A stretch of DNA of 64,000 bases from Candidatus Helarchaeota archaeon (GTDB lineage Archaea > Asgardarchaeota > Lokiarchaeia > Helarchaeales > RDOG01), in assembly GCA_019058315.1 (NCBI GenBank), contig JAHPZH010000001.1, forward strand, positions 71,938-135,937, given 5' to 3'. Shown in pieces: positions 9,412-19,619 of the stretch (within the stretch, counting starts at the first letter, position 1; every line of letters begins with the position of its first letter). The notes beneath the pieces were generated by a model. The model was not told the DNA's origin, did not search any database, and worked only from the letters and a program-made list of their open reading frames with translations. Position numbers and translations under genes: made by a program.

Positions 9412-10317
9412 ATGAAGTTAAATTTAGATTTCTTAAAGACTTTTACTAAAATAGCAGAAATTGGTAGCTTTTCCAAAACAGCAGCTAAATTAGGTATTAC
9501 TCAAAGTGCGATTAGCCAACAAATGGATAGTTTAGAAACTTTTTTTGGTGCTAAGTTATTTAACAGAACTATTAAAGGTGTTGAACTAACAGAAGAAGGA
9601 AAAATTTTGTTGAAAAAAAGTAAAATTATTCTAGATAATATTGAATTGGCGAAAAATGAGATTGTAAAATCACTTAAAGAAATCAAAGGTACATTAAGAA
9701 TTTCTGCCAGTACAATTCCAGGACAGCATCTTCTACCTAAATATATTACGAAATTTAAAGAATTAAATCCAAATGTGAATTTTAAAATTGAAGTTAATGA
9801 TTCTGCAATAAGTTTATCAAAATTATTAGAGGATCAAGCGGATCTTGCCGCTGTTGGGAGCTTAATGGGATATGATATTAATAAATTCGATACAATAACA
9901 TTAACAGAAGAAGAATTATGTTTTGTAGTTTCAAAAAATCACCCACTTGCAAAAAAAGATACTTTATCTGCCGAGGATATTAAAAATCAAACGTTTATTT
10001 TAAGAGAATCGACCTCTGGCACAAGAAAAGAAAGTGAAAAGCTTTTAAAAGATCTTGGAATTTCTCTTGATGATTTAAATATTTCGTTTGAATTAACAAC
10101 AACTGAATCTATATTGACCGCAGTTTCAGAGGGGACTGGTATAAGTCTAATTTCTTCTATTGCAGCATCGAAATCAGAAGCTGCAGGATTAATTAAATGT
10201 CTAAGTTTACCAGAAAAAGTTACATCTAAAAGAAAATTATATTTAGTTAAATTAAAAGGAGAAAAATTTGAGAAATACTTAATTAATTCATTCTGGAAAT
10301 TTGTAAAAGAGTTTTAA
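9412..10317 (+). CDS. LysR-family transcriptional regulator
   Basis: MKLNLDFLKTFTKIAEIGSFSKTAAKLGITQSAISQQMDSLE is a canonical LysR N-terminal HTH, followed by a substrate-binding domain. The ORF is open from 9337, but the ATG at 9412 matches family N-termini. It is divergent from the DsrE-like gene. Confidence 0.8.
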   Translation: MKLNLDFLKTFTKIAEIGSFSKTAAKLGITQSAISQQMDSLETFFGAKLFNRTIKGVELTEEGKILLKKSKIILDNIELAKNEIVKSLKEIKGTLRISASTIPGQHLLPKYITKFKELNPNVNFKIEVNDSAISLSKLLEDQADLAAVGSLMGYDINKFDTITLTEEELCFVVSKNHPLAKKDTLSAEDIKNQTFILRESTSGTRKESEKLLKDLGISLDDLNISFELTTTESILTAVSEGTGISLISSIAASKSEAAGLIKCLSLPEKVTSKRKLYLVKLKGEKFEKYLINSFWKFVKEF

Positions 10318-10319
10318 AG

Positions 10320-11411
10320 TTATTTTATATATTTCATTATCTCTTCTTCGTCTAAATCAAAGCTAAGCCCCGGTCCATCTGGAATTTTAACATAACCCTC
10401 TGAATCTAACTGATAGGAACCCGCTTTACTAAAAAGTATGAAATCTGGATAAAATCCATATTCAAAATATGGGCAATTTGGAAGACTTCCAATTATTTGT
10501 AGATTGGCTGCTTGAACTAACCCTGTTCCAAATACATGAGGTATACACAGTTTTCCATATGCTTCAGCAAGACTCCCAATTTTTTTTACGATTGATATTC
10601 CTCCCGACCTTGTTGCATCGGGTTGGATAATGTCATATGCTCCTTTTTGTAATAATGTTTGAAATTCATGAACTCCAAAATTATTTTCTCCTCCTGCTAT
10701 AGAAATGTCCACTTGAGACCTTAATTCGGTTAAGTTATCAATTTCATCACTAAAGACCGGTTCTTCTAACCATTTAAAATGATCATGACTTTCTAATATT
10801 CGAGCTAATTTTAGGGTAGTTTTTAAGTCATAACCCGAGTTTACATCAACCATAACTTCTAATTCACTTGGAGAAAAGTTATCAGTTAATGCATTTATAA
10901 CCACTTTGTCTTTATCTAAACCTTGTCCAAGTCTTATTTTAATAGCTTTAAAATTTCGTTCATCTAATGCAGTTTTTGTCATTTTTACTGTCTCATCAGG
11001 CTTCATCCAATAGGGCATGGAAGCATAAGCCTTTATTTTTCTTTGATATGTTCCAATTATTTGATGAACTGGTTTTCCTAAATCCTTACCTATAATATCC
11101 CATAATGCACAATTAACTAAAGAAATACCTATTGGATTTCCAATCAAGATTCGATAAGTATAATTGATTAAATCTTGAGTTATCGCCTCAATATCATAAG
11201 GATCACGTTTTAGAATTAATTTTTTCCATCGTCGAATGAAAATTGCACAAGCTTCATCTGAATTCACAAAATGTCCAGCTGCAACTCCTTCTATACCTTC
11301 ATCAGTTTTTAATCTTAATAAAGTACCTGTGATTTTGAATTTAGGCATTGCACCTATTTTAATTTTTACTGGTAATTCAAACCAATTTGACTCAATTTCT
11401 TTAATCTGCAT
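10320..11411 (-). CDS. enolase-superfamily enzyme (mandelate racemase/muconate lactonizing enzyme family)
   Basis: 363 aa with a capping domain and barrel. Metal ligand contexts are DVNSGY, LEEP and IAGGE, plus D..QPD. Confidence 0.8.
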   Translation of the reverse strand: MQIKEIESNWFELPVKIKIGAMPKFKITGTLLRLKTDEGIEGVAAGHFVNSDEACAIFIRRWKKLILKRDPYDIEAITQDLINYTYRILIGNPIGISLVNCALWDIIGKDLGKPVHQIIGTYQRKIKAYASMPYWMKPDETVKMTKTALDERNFKAIKIRLGQGLDKDKVVINALTDNFSPSELEVMVDVNSGYDLKTTLKLARILESHDHFKWLEEPVFSDEIDNLTELRSQVDISIAGGENNFGVHEFQTLLQKGAYDIIQPDATRSGGISIVKKIGSLAEAYGKLCIPHVFGTGLVQAANLQIIGSLPNCPYFEYGFYPDFILFSKAGSYQLDSEGYVKIPDGPGLSFDLDEEEIMKYIK

Positions 11412-11503
11412 AATATCACTTTTAAATATCTAAAAAATTCCTATTCAAATGAAATTAGTAATTTCTAATTGATAATTTAATAAAAAAAAGAAAAATTTGA
11501 GTT

Positions 11504-12673
11504 TTAACTTTTTTTCTCTTCTATTGCCTCTTTCTTTGCTTGATGTTTTCCGAGCTGATAAATTGTGTATGCCAAAGTAGCCATTAAATATAAGGAAACA
11601 CCATAAGGATGGTCCACACCAGGAATGAAATGGATAAATTTCATTAGAACAAAAATGGCGAAGATTCCTGTTGCAAATAACATCAATAAAAAGCCAATAC
11701 CGTCAATCAGATAATAATGTAATTGTGTTAACCCTGTGAATGTCCCGGCTATATCAAATATTGGCCATGCTAGTAATCGTATAAAAAACTTAGCAATATT
11801 TAATTTATTTAACTCCATGTATTTATCTTCCGGATGTTTTTTAAGTCTCCAAAGATGGAATACTCCCCAACCTGCGAATAAAGGGATAAAAGCCATTACA
11901 AGTATATAAATATTCTTTCTAATAACATAATTAGTTTCCATCATATCTATTGTGCTTAGACCTGCAGATCCATTTACAGGAGTATAAAACCATCCAGTAA
12001 ATAAAAGTCCACAAGTTACATCATGATACATTTTTCCCAATACATGTGATCCAGTTTCATTAAAAGCATAATAATTCCAAGAAAATTCAGGTCCTGCGAA
12101 TTCATGGTAATATACCTCTACTAGACCGAGACCTATAAAGTCTCCCTCTAAACCAGTATAGTCTGGAGAAAAAATCATGCCTCCTAATTCATCACCAAGC
12201 ATCATTTGAACTGTAGATCGTGCAGAAGGTGGGTCAAAATAAAATATTAATGGTGGTTTTATTTCTTCATTCTCAAGATCAAGTATTACTCCAGTATCTG
12301 TTGAAACGGTATATATTGTAATATTTGTATAACCTGTAACAACTGCCGCTATACCTATTGGTCCTGCCCCTGCTGTGTAAATTTCAACTATTGTTAAAGA
12401 AAAATCATTTCCATTTAATTGTGCCGCAAGTGGACCGGTCACAAGATATTTTGCAGTATAAGGGTTTTCATAGAAATCATCATATACTAAATATTCTCCT
12501 GCCAAAGATGCAATCGCTACACCAGCTACAACACAAATCATGCCGATTGCCAGTATTAGTAAATCTTGTCTCAATGTTTTGTTATTATGGATAGTTTTTA
12601 ATGTTTCCATAATAAATACCCCATAAAAATACCTTTGAAAAAATTTTTTCAAATTATATAAATTGTAATTCAT
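11504..12673 (-). CDS. hypothetical membrane protein
   Basis: 389 aa. An N-terminal anchor helix, a ~220-aa non-hydrophobic domain, then about four C-terminal helices. The start may be the internal METLKT. Confidence 0.5.
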   Translation of the reverse strand: MNYNLYNLKKFFQRYFYGVFIMETLKTIHNNKTLRQDLLILAIGMICVVAGVAIASLAGEYLVYDDFYENPYTAKYLVTGPLAAQLNGNDFSLTIVEIYTAGAGPIGIAAVVTGYTNITIYTVSTDTGVILDLENEEIKPPLIFYFDPPSARSTVQMMLGDELGGMIFSPDYTGLEGDFIGLGLVEVYYHEFAGPEFSWNYYAFNETGSHVLGKMYHDVTCGLLFTGWFYTPVNGSAGLSTIDMMETNYVIRKNIYILVMAFIPLFAGWGVFHLWRLKKHPEDKYMELNKLNIAKFFIRLLAWPIFDIAGTFTGLTQLHYYLIDGIGFLLMLFATGIFAIFVLMKFIHFIPGVDHPYGVSLYLMATLAYTIYQLGKHQAKKEAIEEKKS

Positions 12674-12699
12674 TCTGTTTAAAAATTAATAGTTATTAC

Positions 12700-13022
12700 T
12701 TGGAGGAATCAACAATAAAAGTTAAAGAATTAGGTGTAGCGTATTATGGAAATGTCTATCTAGACCACGCACGCCAAGATTTTAAAGAAATGCAAGAGCA
12801 TGGGTGCAATTGTGGTTATTAGCCTTTTTAATTCCTGCGAATAGAGAGGACGAATTGAAAGAAGCAACTAAAATTATGGCCAAGACTAATGTTGATAGTA
12901 TTTTTGCATGGTGTTATAGAGGTGGGCTTGGAACCTTAATAAAATCAGATAATCCAGAATTAGTTTGGAAGATAGTTGGAGAGGTTTTTAATAAGATAAA
13001 AGAAAATGTTAATAAATTTTAA
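12700..13022 (+). pseudogene. possible degraded gene: two short out-of-frame ORFs
   Basis: A TTG-initiated 40-codon ORF (12700-12822, ...VAYYGNVYLDHARQDFKEMQEHGCNCGY*) overlaps a GTG-initiated 72-codon ORF in another frame (12804-13022). Together they look like the N- and C-terminal remnants of one larger gene. Confidence 0.25.
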
Positions 13023-13047
13023 AATAAAAAAATAAAGAAATTAAGTT

Positions 13048-16000
13048 TTAATCTGATTTATCAGTTTTATCTTTCAATGGAAGGTGTGAATTAGGTCCTT
13101 TTTTACTCATCTTACCTTTAGGCTCTTTTTTAATCTTCTTGGTTTCACTTTTTGTTCCTCTTTTAGTTATCATTATTCCCGCAATTAGAGAAGCTGCAGC
13201 TACAACCCCTAATATTACCAAACCAATTGGCGACATTAATGATTTTAAAATATTATCGTCTGTTGATGTCCCCGGTAAAGGCAAAATAAACTCTTCTGGT
13301 CCAGGTTCTGGTGCAATAACTACATATTGATAAGGTCCCGCGGTATAATCGTTATCGTATGTATCATTAACCCAGATCGAGTAAGCTATTCGTGTCCCAA
13401 TAGGAGAAACCGGAATAGTAAAGTTCCAATAACCATCTAGAATAGTCCCCGATAGTAGATCCATTGTATAATAAGTCGGGGTTCCAGTGTGATTTGAATT
13501 AATTAAAACCGTATCTACTCCCAGATTATCAGTAATATGAACAGTGATATTAACTACTTCTAGCTGATTAGGAGTAGTTGGGTCTCTTGAAACTGATATT
13601 ATATTGGGATCTTCAGAGTCGCTGACTGTATATTGGTATGGTCCATCAGAGTCTTGATTATTAGTTGTATCATTTACCCAGATCGAATAAGTTATTGTAA
13701 TTCCTGCGGAATAAACCGGTATAGTAAAGTTCCAATAACCATCTAGAATAGTCCCCGATAGTAGATTCAATGTATAATTGGTTTGTGTTCCAGTATGATT
13801 TGAATTAAATAAAACCGTATCTACACCTAGATTATCAGTAATGTGAACAGTGATATTAACTGTATCTAGCTGATTAGGACTGGTGGGATCTCTTGAAACC
13901 AGAAGTATATTGGGATCTTCGGAATCACTAATTGTATATTGGTATGGTCCATCGGTGTCTTGGTTGTTAGTTGTATCATTTACCCAGATCGAATAATTTA
14001 TTGTAATTCCTGCAGGATAAGCTGGTATAGTATAGTTCCAATAACCATCTTGAGCCGTCCCTGAGAGTGGGTCCATGGTATAATTTGTTTGCGTTCCATT
14101 ATGATTTGAATTAATTAAAACCGTATCTACACCTAGATTATCAGTAATGTGGACAGTGATATTAACTGTATCTAGCTGATTAGGGCTGGTGGGATCTCTT
14201 GAAACTAGAAGTATATTGGGATCTTCAGAATCACTAATTGTATATTGGTATAATCCATCGGTGTCTTGGTTGTTAGTTGTATCATTAACCCAAATCGAAT
14301 AATTTATTGTAATCCCTGCAGGGTAAGCTGGTATAGTATAATTCCAATAACCATCTTGAGCAGTCCCTGAAAGTGGGTCCATGGTATAATTTGTTGGCGT
14401 TCCAGTATAATTTGTATTAATTAAAACCGTATCTACTGCCATGTTATCAGTAATATGTACGGTAATATTTACTATATCCGACTGATTAGGGGTAATAGGA
14501 TCTCGTGAAACTAAAATTATATTTGGATCTTCCGCATCACTAATTATATATTGATATGGTCCATCAGTTGCATTATTATTGCTAGTATCATTGACCCAGA
14601 TCGAGTACATTATTGTGGTTCCAGCGGGATAAGATGGAATAGTATAGTTCCAATAACCATCTCGAGTAGTACCAGATAGGTGATCCATTGTATAATTAAT
14701 TGGTGTTCCAGTATGATTTGAATTAATTAAAACGATATCTACTCCTCTGTTCTCAGTAATATGCACAGTTACACTTACTGTATCCAAATTACTAGGGTTA
14801 GTTGGATTCCTTGAAGTTAGTATTATATTTGGATCTATCTTATCAATAGGCCACTCAAAGCAAGAATACATTATTTCTGCATCTATTCCCCATTCACCGT
14901 CCGTATTATCATACCATACTACTGATATGTTTCCTTTATTGTCTGTAGCTATTTGAGGATTGAGGCTACCACCATCATTCCAAAGTGTATAATCTTCTGA
15001 AACTACTGACACATTAGACCAACCAGACGTAGAGGTATAATTTATATAAAAAATTTCATCATCAATTCCCCATTCACCATCTGTCATATCATACCAAACT
15101 ACGTATAAAGTTCCACTATTATCCGCTGCTATGTCAGGTGCTAAACTCAAATCAGTATTCCAATGTGTATAATCATCTGAAACTACCGTTGCATTAGACC
15201 ATCCAGAGGAGGTATAATTTGTATACATTACTTCTCTATCAGTTCCCCATTCACCATTTGTCGAATCTTCCCAAACAACATGAATACTACCATTAATATC
15301 CGTATCGATACTGGGATATTCGCTACCACCAGTATTCCACCCGAATAAATCTGAAATCGCAGTAACATTCGACCAACCTGCTCCTGTATTATTTACATAC
15401 AAAATTTCATTATCAGAACCCCATTCACCATTTGTTTGATCCCACCAAACAACATGTTGGTATCCATTATTATCAACAGCAATTTGAGGGTTATTACTTC
15501 CACCATCATTCCATCCAGTATAATCGTCTGAAATTACAGTTGCATTAGACCAACCTGAAGCAGTATAATTTACATACATTACTTCCAAATCCGTCCCCCA
15601 TTCACCAGCCGTAAGATCCTGCCAGACCACATGAATAGTCCCAGTATTTTCATCTATAGCGATGCTTGGAGCACCACTAACACCATCATTCCATCCGTAA
15701 ATATCTGAAATAACAGTTACATTAGACCAGCCAGCCCCTGTATTATTAACATACATTACTTCATAATCAGTACCCCATTCCCCATCTGTCCCATCCCACC
15801 AGACAACGTGTAAATTTCCATTGTTGTCTATTGCGATGCTTGGATCACTACTAGGACCATCATTCCAGTTAGTGTAATCGTCTGAAATTACAGTTGCATT
15901 GGACCAGCCAGTAGCAGTTAAATTTGCATACATTATTTCTCTGTCAGTTCCCCATTCGCCATTTGTATCATCATGCCAGACTACATGTACTACTCCATTA

Positions 16001-17478
16001 TTATCCATAGCTATATCAGGATTATAACTATGATCATCATTCCATCCCATATAAAATGGATGATCTGAAACTGCGGTTACATTCGACCAACCTGATCCTT
16101 TGTAAACATGTAATATATCTGTATCGGTTACTCCACCTCCCCATATACCGGCTGTATTATCATCCCAGACAACATGAACATTTCCAGTATTATTGTCTAT
16201 TGTTATACTTGGATTATTACTAGAACCATCATTCCATCCAGTCTGATTATCAGAAATTACTGTTGCATTAGACCATCCTGAAGCTGTATAATTTGTATAC
16301 ATTATCTCCTGATCAGTTCCCCATTCACCATCTGTATCATCTGCCCATACCACATGTAAAATGTCATTATTATCTATTGCAATATCACCAGCAACACTGG
16401 CTCCGTCATTCCATCCTGTTATATCATCCGAAATCACTGTAGCATTAGACCAACCTGATACGGTAAAGTTAACATAAAATATTTCCCAATCTGCTATTGT
16501 CTGGTCTTCCCAAATCACATGTATCACAGAATTATTATCAGTTACAATCTTGGGATATAAACTTTCTAAATCATTCCATCCATATACATCTGAAATTACT
16601 ATAGTATTGGATACACCAGATGCAGAATAATTTGCATACATGATCTCAGGATCTGATAAACCTCCACCCCAAGCTCCTGTCGTCCAATCATGCCAAACCA
16701 CATGCACTATTCCATTTTTATCAACAGCGATATCAGGATATTCACTATGACCATCATTCCAATTTGTAATATCATCTGAGATTAAAGTTACATTAGTCCA
16801 ACCAGTTCCTGTATTATTAACATACATTATTTCTTCATCAGTTCCCCATTCACCATCTGTATCTTCGGTCCAGACTACATGTATATTTCCATTAGTATCA
16901 GTTGCAATACTAGGTGCATAACTACCACCATTATTCCATCCAGTAATATCATCTGATATTACTGTTGCGTTAGACCAACCAGAAGCCGTATAGTTAGCAT
17001 ACATGATTTCTCTATCAGTTCCCCATTCCCCATTTGTGTCATCATCCCAAACTACATGGATATTTCCATCATTATCTGTAGCTATTCGAGGATTAACACT
17101 CCAACCATCGTTCCAACCGAAAAGATCCGAAATTACTGTTATATTGGACCAGCCAGAAGATGTAAAGTTTGCATACATTATTTCTCTGTCAGTTCCCCAT
17201 TCGCCATCTGTATCATCAGTCCAAACTACGTGAATATTTCCATCTTTATCAACAACTATATCAGAGTCCCAACTAAGATCCCTGTTCCAGTACATGGTCC
17301 TTTTAGTGTCTGTGATAACTGTAGCATTTGACCAATTAGAATCATTCAAATTCATAGTATTTAAATTAAAACCATTGTTGTTAACTATTGGAAACGGTAC
17401 ATTTATAGTAAGTCTATGTGGAATTGTACTTAATATTGTAAGTAACAGAAATTGAGATAAAATTAGACTTAAGATCAA
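13048..17478 (-). CDS. giant (1476 aa) repeat-rich surface protein with a signal peptide, TM anchor and basic tail
   Basis: Hydrophobic N-terminus, 14 propeller-like repeats, 5 beta-sandwich-like 102-aa modules, a TM segment (GLVILGVVAAASLIAGIMI) and a Lys-rich tail. NxS/T sequons are very frequent. Confidence 0.85.
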   Translation of the reverse strand: MILSLILSQFLLLTILSTIPHRLTINVPFPIVNNNGFNLNTMNLNDSNWSNATVITDTKRTMYWNRDLSWDSDIVVDKDGNIHVVWTDDTDGEWGTDREIMYANFTSSGWSNITVISDLFGWNDGWSVNPRIATDNDGNIHVVWDDDTNGEWGTDREIMYANYTASGWSNATVISDDITGWNNGGSYAPSIATDTNGNIHVVWTEDTDGEWGTDEEIMYVNNTGTGWTNVTLISDDITNWNDGHSEYPDIAVDKNGIVHVVWHDWTTGAWGGGLSDPEIMYANYSASGVSNTIVISDVYGWNDLESLYPKIVTDNNSVIHVIWEDQTIADWEIFYVNFTVSGWSNATVISDDITGWNDGASVAGDIAIDNNDILHVVWADDTDGEWGTDQEIMYTNYTASGWSNATVISDNQTGWNDGSSNNPSITIDNNTGNVHVVWDDNTAGIWGGGVTDTDILHVYKGSGWSNVTAVSDHPFYMGWNDDHSYNPDIAMDNNGVVHVVWHDDTNGEWGTDREIMYANLTATGWSNATVISDDYTNWNDGPSSDPSIAIDNNGNLHVVWWDGTDGEWGTDYEVMYVNNTGAGWSNVTVISDIYGWNDGVSGAPSIAIDENTGTIHVVWQDLTAGEWGTDLEVMYVNYTASGWSNATVISDDYTGWNDGGSNNPQIAVDNNGYQHVVWWDQTNGEWGSDNEILYVNNTGAGWSNVTAISDLFGWNTGGSEYPSIDTDINGSIHVVWEDSTNGEWGTDREVMYTNYTSSGWSNATVVSDDYTHWNTDLSLAPDIAADNSGTLYVVWYDMTDGEWGIDDEIFYINYTSTSGWSNVSVVSEDYTLWNDGGSLNPQIATDNKGNISVVWYDNTDGEWGIDAEIMYSCFEWPIDKIDPNIILTSRNPTNPSNLDTVSVTVHITENRGVDIVLINSNHTGTPINYTMDHLSGTTRDGYWNYTIPSYPAGTTIMYSIWVNDTSNNNATDGPYQYIISDAEDPNIILVSRDPITPNQSDIVNITVHITDNMAVDTVLINTNYTGTPTNYTMDPLSGTAQDGYWNYTIPAYPAGITINYSIWVNDTTNNQDTDGLYQYTISDSEDPNILLVSRDPTSPNQLDTVNITVHITDNLGVDTVLINSNHNGTQTNYTMDPLSGTAQDGYWNYTIPAYPAGITINYSIWVNDTTNNQDTDGPYQYTISDSEDPNILLVSRDPTSPNQLDTVNITVHITDNLGVDTVLFNSNHTGTQTNYTLNLLSGTILDGYWNFTIPVYSAGITITYSIWVNDTTNNQDSDGPYQYTVSDSEDPNIISVSRDPTTPNQLEVVNITVHITDNLGVDTVLINSNHTGTPTYYTMDLLSGTILDGYWNFTIPVSPIGTRIAYSIWVNDTYDNDYTAGPYQYVVIAPEPGPEEFILPLPGTSTDDNILKSLMSPIGLVILGVVAAASLIAGIMITKRGTKSETKKIKKEPKGKMSKKGPNSHLPLKDKTDKSD
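13314..14843 (-). repeat. five tandem ~306-bp (102-aa) coding repeats
   Basis: The unit DPNI--VSRDP--PNQ-D-VNITVHITDN-GVDTVLINSNH-GT-TNYTMD-LSGT--DGYWNYTIP-YPAGITI-YSIWVNDT-NN recurs five times. DNA blocks such as gatcttc-gaatcactaattgtatattggtatggtccatc recur about every 306 nt. The middle copies are near-identical. Confidence 0.85.
14850..17337 (-). repeat. fourteen tandem ~60-66-aa coding repeats (beta-propeller-blade-like)
   Basis: The unit GWSN-TVISDD-TGWNDG-S--P-IA-DNNGN-HVVW-D-TDGEWGTD-EIMY-NYT- recurs. I counted 14 HVVW-type cores. Confidence 0.8.
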
Positions 17479-18080
17479 TCTTTTTTTGGTTTTTTTAATC
17501 TTAAAAATCTCCTAATATGTCTATATGTCTAAAAATCCGTTGATTTTGGATATAAAATAATAGAATTTTTTAATAACTTAGTTTTTAAATTTTATAATAT
17601 CCTAGAAAAAGTTAAAATATTTAAAGGTATTCATCTATTATCCTCACTCTTGTAATCTATAAGGTTGATAAGCTCATTTTTACATTAAATAAGGTTGTTA
17701 AGTAATTAACTTACCACAATAAGAATTTTCAATCATAATAATTAATGGTTTAAAATGAATTGATAGGATATAAAAACAGGTTATAGATTTCAAGTAATTT
17801 GTAGAGAAAAAAATAAATTATAAAAATTGGGTTCTAATGTCATTTATCGGATCTATCTGTCCATGGGAAAGTTGATTGAGGTCCTTCCTTGCTTATCTCG
17901 TCTTTATGCTAGCCGTCTTGATTAGTCCCTGTGAGTAAAGTCATTTTCATTGAATATTAACCTTAAGAATTGGTTAATTTATTTTCAAATCGGATATTTT
18001 GAAGAAAAAATTATTAAAAAAACATTTATTTTAAGACAAATTACGTATATTATCACTGATAAAATTGAGAGATTATTGGA

Positions 18081-19445
18081 TTGGAATCAAATTGGAAATA
18101 TTTTAGAACTGTTTTTTTCTTAATTATTGTAAGTTGGTCAATTACTGCACTATTGGGACCAATGGTTAGGGAAATTGCTGTTGATCTACGTGTGGAAAGC
18201 GAGGCACAAATCGGTTTTATAACTTCAATCTTCCTTATTATTGCTAGTTTATTATCTTTCGTATGGGCTTTCCTAGAAGATCGATACTCAAGAAAATCTC
18301 TATTAATTTCTGCTGGTTCGTTGAATTTTATTGCAATATTATTAATTAGTTTAACAAATACATATTTTGATTTATTTTTATTTCATGTGGTTGCAGCCAT
18401 AGGGTATGCCGCAATCTTTCCAATCGGATGTAGCATGACTATGGATTATATCATTCCAGAGGAGCGTGCTAAAGCATTTTCGCTTCTTAGTATAGCAAGA
18501 ACTATAGGAATTGGGTTATCTTATATTTTATCAGGAATATTAGTGGATGTAAGTTGGAAGCTACCCTTCCTAATTATTTCAATTTTAGGTTTTGTAAATA
18601 TTATTTTTCTCTTTAAAATAAAGGATCCGAAAAAGGGGAGTAGAGAAAAAGCATTATCCCATATTCTATCAGAAAGACTGATATATAATTATCATATTAA
18701 TAGAGAAGATATCAAGGTACTTGTTAAAAATAAAGCATCATTATTAATTTTTCTATTCAATTTCTTTCTAGTTTTAGCATCCGGAAGTATATATTATTAT
18801 TTAATTACAATGCTAAAATCTGATCATAATTTTTCTTCCATCGCTGCTACTCTATTTGTGGTAGCGACTTATAGTGATGGAATGGTCGGGAACTTGCTTT
18901 GGGGGAAAAGAGCCGATAAAAAGTTTACTGAGAGACTCGAAGGAAAAGCGCATGTTTTATTAGAATCATTAATTTTAGGTCCACCTTTTCTAATTATTGC
19001 TTATTCATTAGTTTTTTCAGTTGATCAAATTGAATTGGTTATTATTTTCGCAATTATAATTGCTATTGGAGTATTTCTTGTATCAGGTTTAATTTCCATC
19101 TCGAATTCAATATTAGGAGATAACAATCCCCCAGAGTTAAGAGCAACAGCCTTTTCGATGAATAATTTCTCACAAACTATTGGGCGAAGTATTGGAATCG
19201 TACTAATAGGTTTGTTCTTCAATATGTTCGGAGGAACTGTTTATTTGGGATTTGGAAATTTTGTCAATCTATTTGGAGAGGGTTATCGATGGGGTTTTAT
19301 TATTATGAGTTTATTGTACTTTCTTGGTTTTATTTTTATTATTCCATTGAAGAAAATCTTACCAGATGAAATAAATAAATTAAATAATATATTAAAAGAA
19401 CGAGCAAAAAAAATAGATAAAAAATCTAAATCAAATAACAAGTAA
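18081..19445 (+). CDS. MFS transporter
   Basis: 454 aa with about 12 hydrophobic helices. MFS motif-A-like FLEDRYSRKSLL lies after TM2. TTG start. Confidence 0.8.
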   Translation: MESNWKYFRTVFFLIIVSWSITALLGPMVREIAVDLRVESEAQIGFITSIFLIIASLLSFVWAFLEDRYSRKSLLISAGSLNFIAILLISLTNTYFDLFLFHVVAAIGYAAIFPIGCSMTMDYIIPEERAKAFSLLSIARTIGIGLSYILSGILVDVSWKLPFLIISILGFVNIIFLFKIKDPKKGSREKALSHILSERLIYNYHINREDIKVLVKNKASLLIFLFNFFLVLASGSIYYYLITMLKSDHNFSSIAATLFVVATYSDGMVGNLLWGKRADKKFTERLEGKAHVLLESLILGPPFLIIAYSLVFSVDQIELVIIFAIIIAIGVFLVSGLISISNSILGDNNPPELRATAFSMNNFSQTIGRSIGIVLIGLFFNMFGGTVYLGFGNFVNLFGEGYRWGFIIMSLLYFLGFIFIIPLKKILPDEINKLNNILKERAKKIDKKSKSNNK

Positions 19446-19619
19446 AATTCCCATTTTTCCTATTCTTTAAAATAAATATTGAAATTTTTTCTTTAACTAT
19501 TTTTAATGTCTTTAATTTATATTTAAATAACCAATTCCTTAAAAACAACCTTTAAATATTAGTTTATAGTAATTTAATAACGTTTGAAAAAAATCAAACG
19601 ACATTTTTTTAATTAATAG

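Noticed and set aside
13314-14843. Regularly spaced DNA repeats that could superficially suggest a CRISPR array or satellite.
   Set aside because: The period is about 306 bp with no short repeat/unique spacer alternation. The repeats are in frame inside one long ORF, so they are coding domain repeats.
17828-17940. The GC-rich island as a tRNA or C/D-box sRNA gene.
   Set aside because: I found no acceptor-stem/T-loop (GTTCRANYC-like) arrangement and no RUGAUGA/CUGA box pairs on either strand. It is kept only as a low-interest candidate structured RNA.
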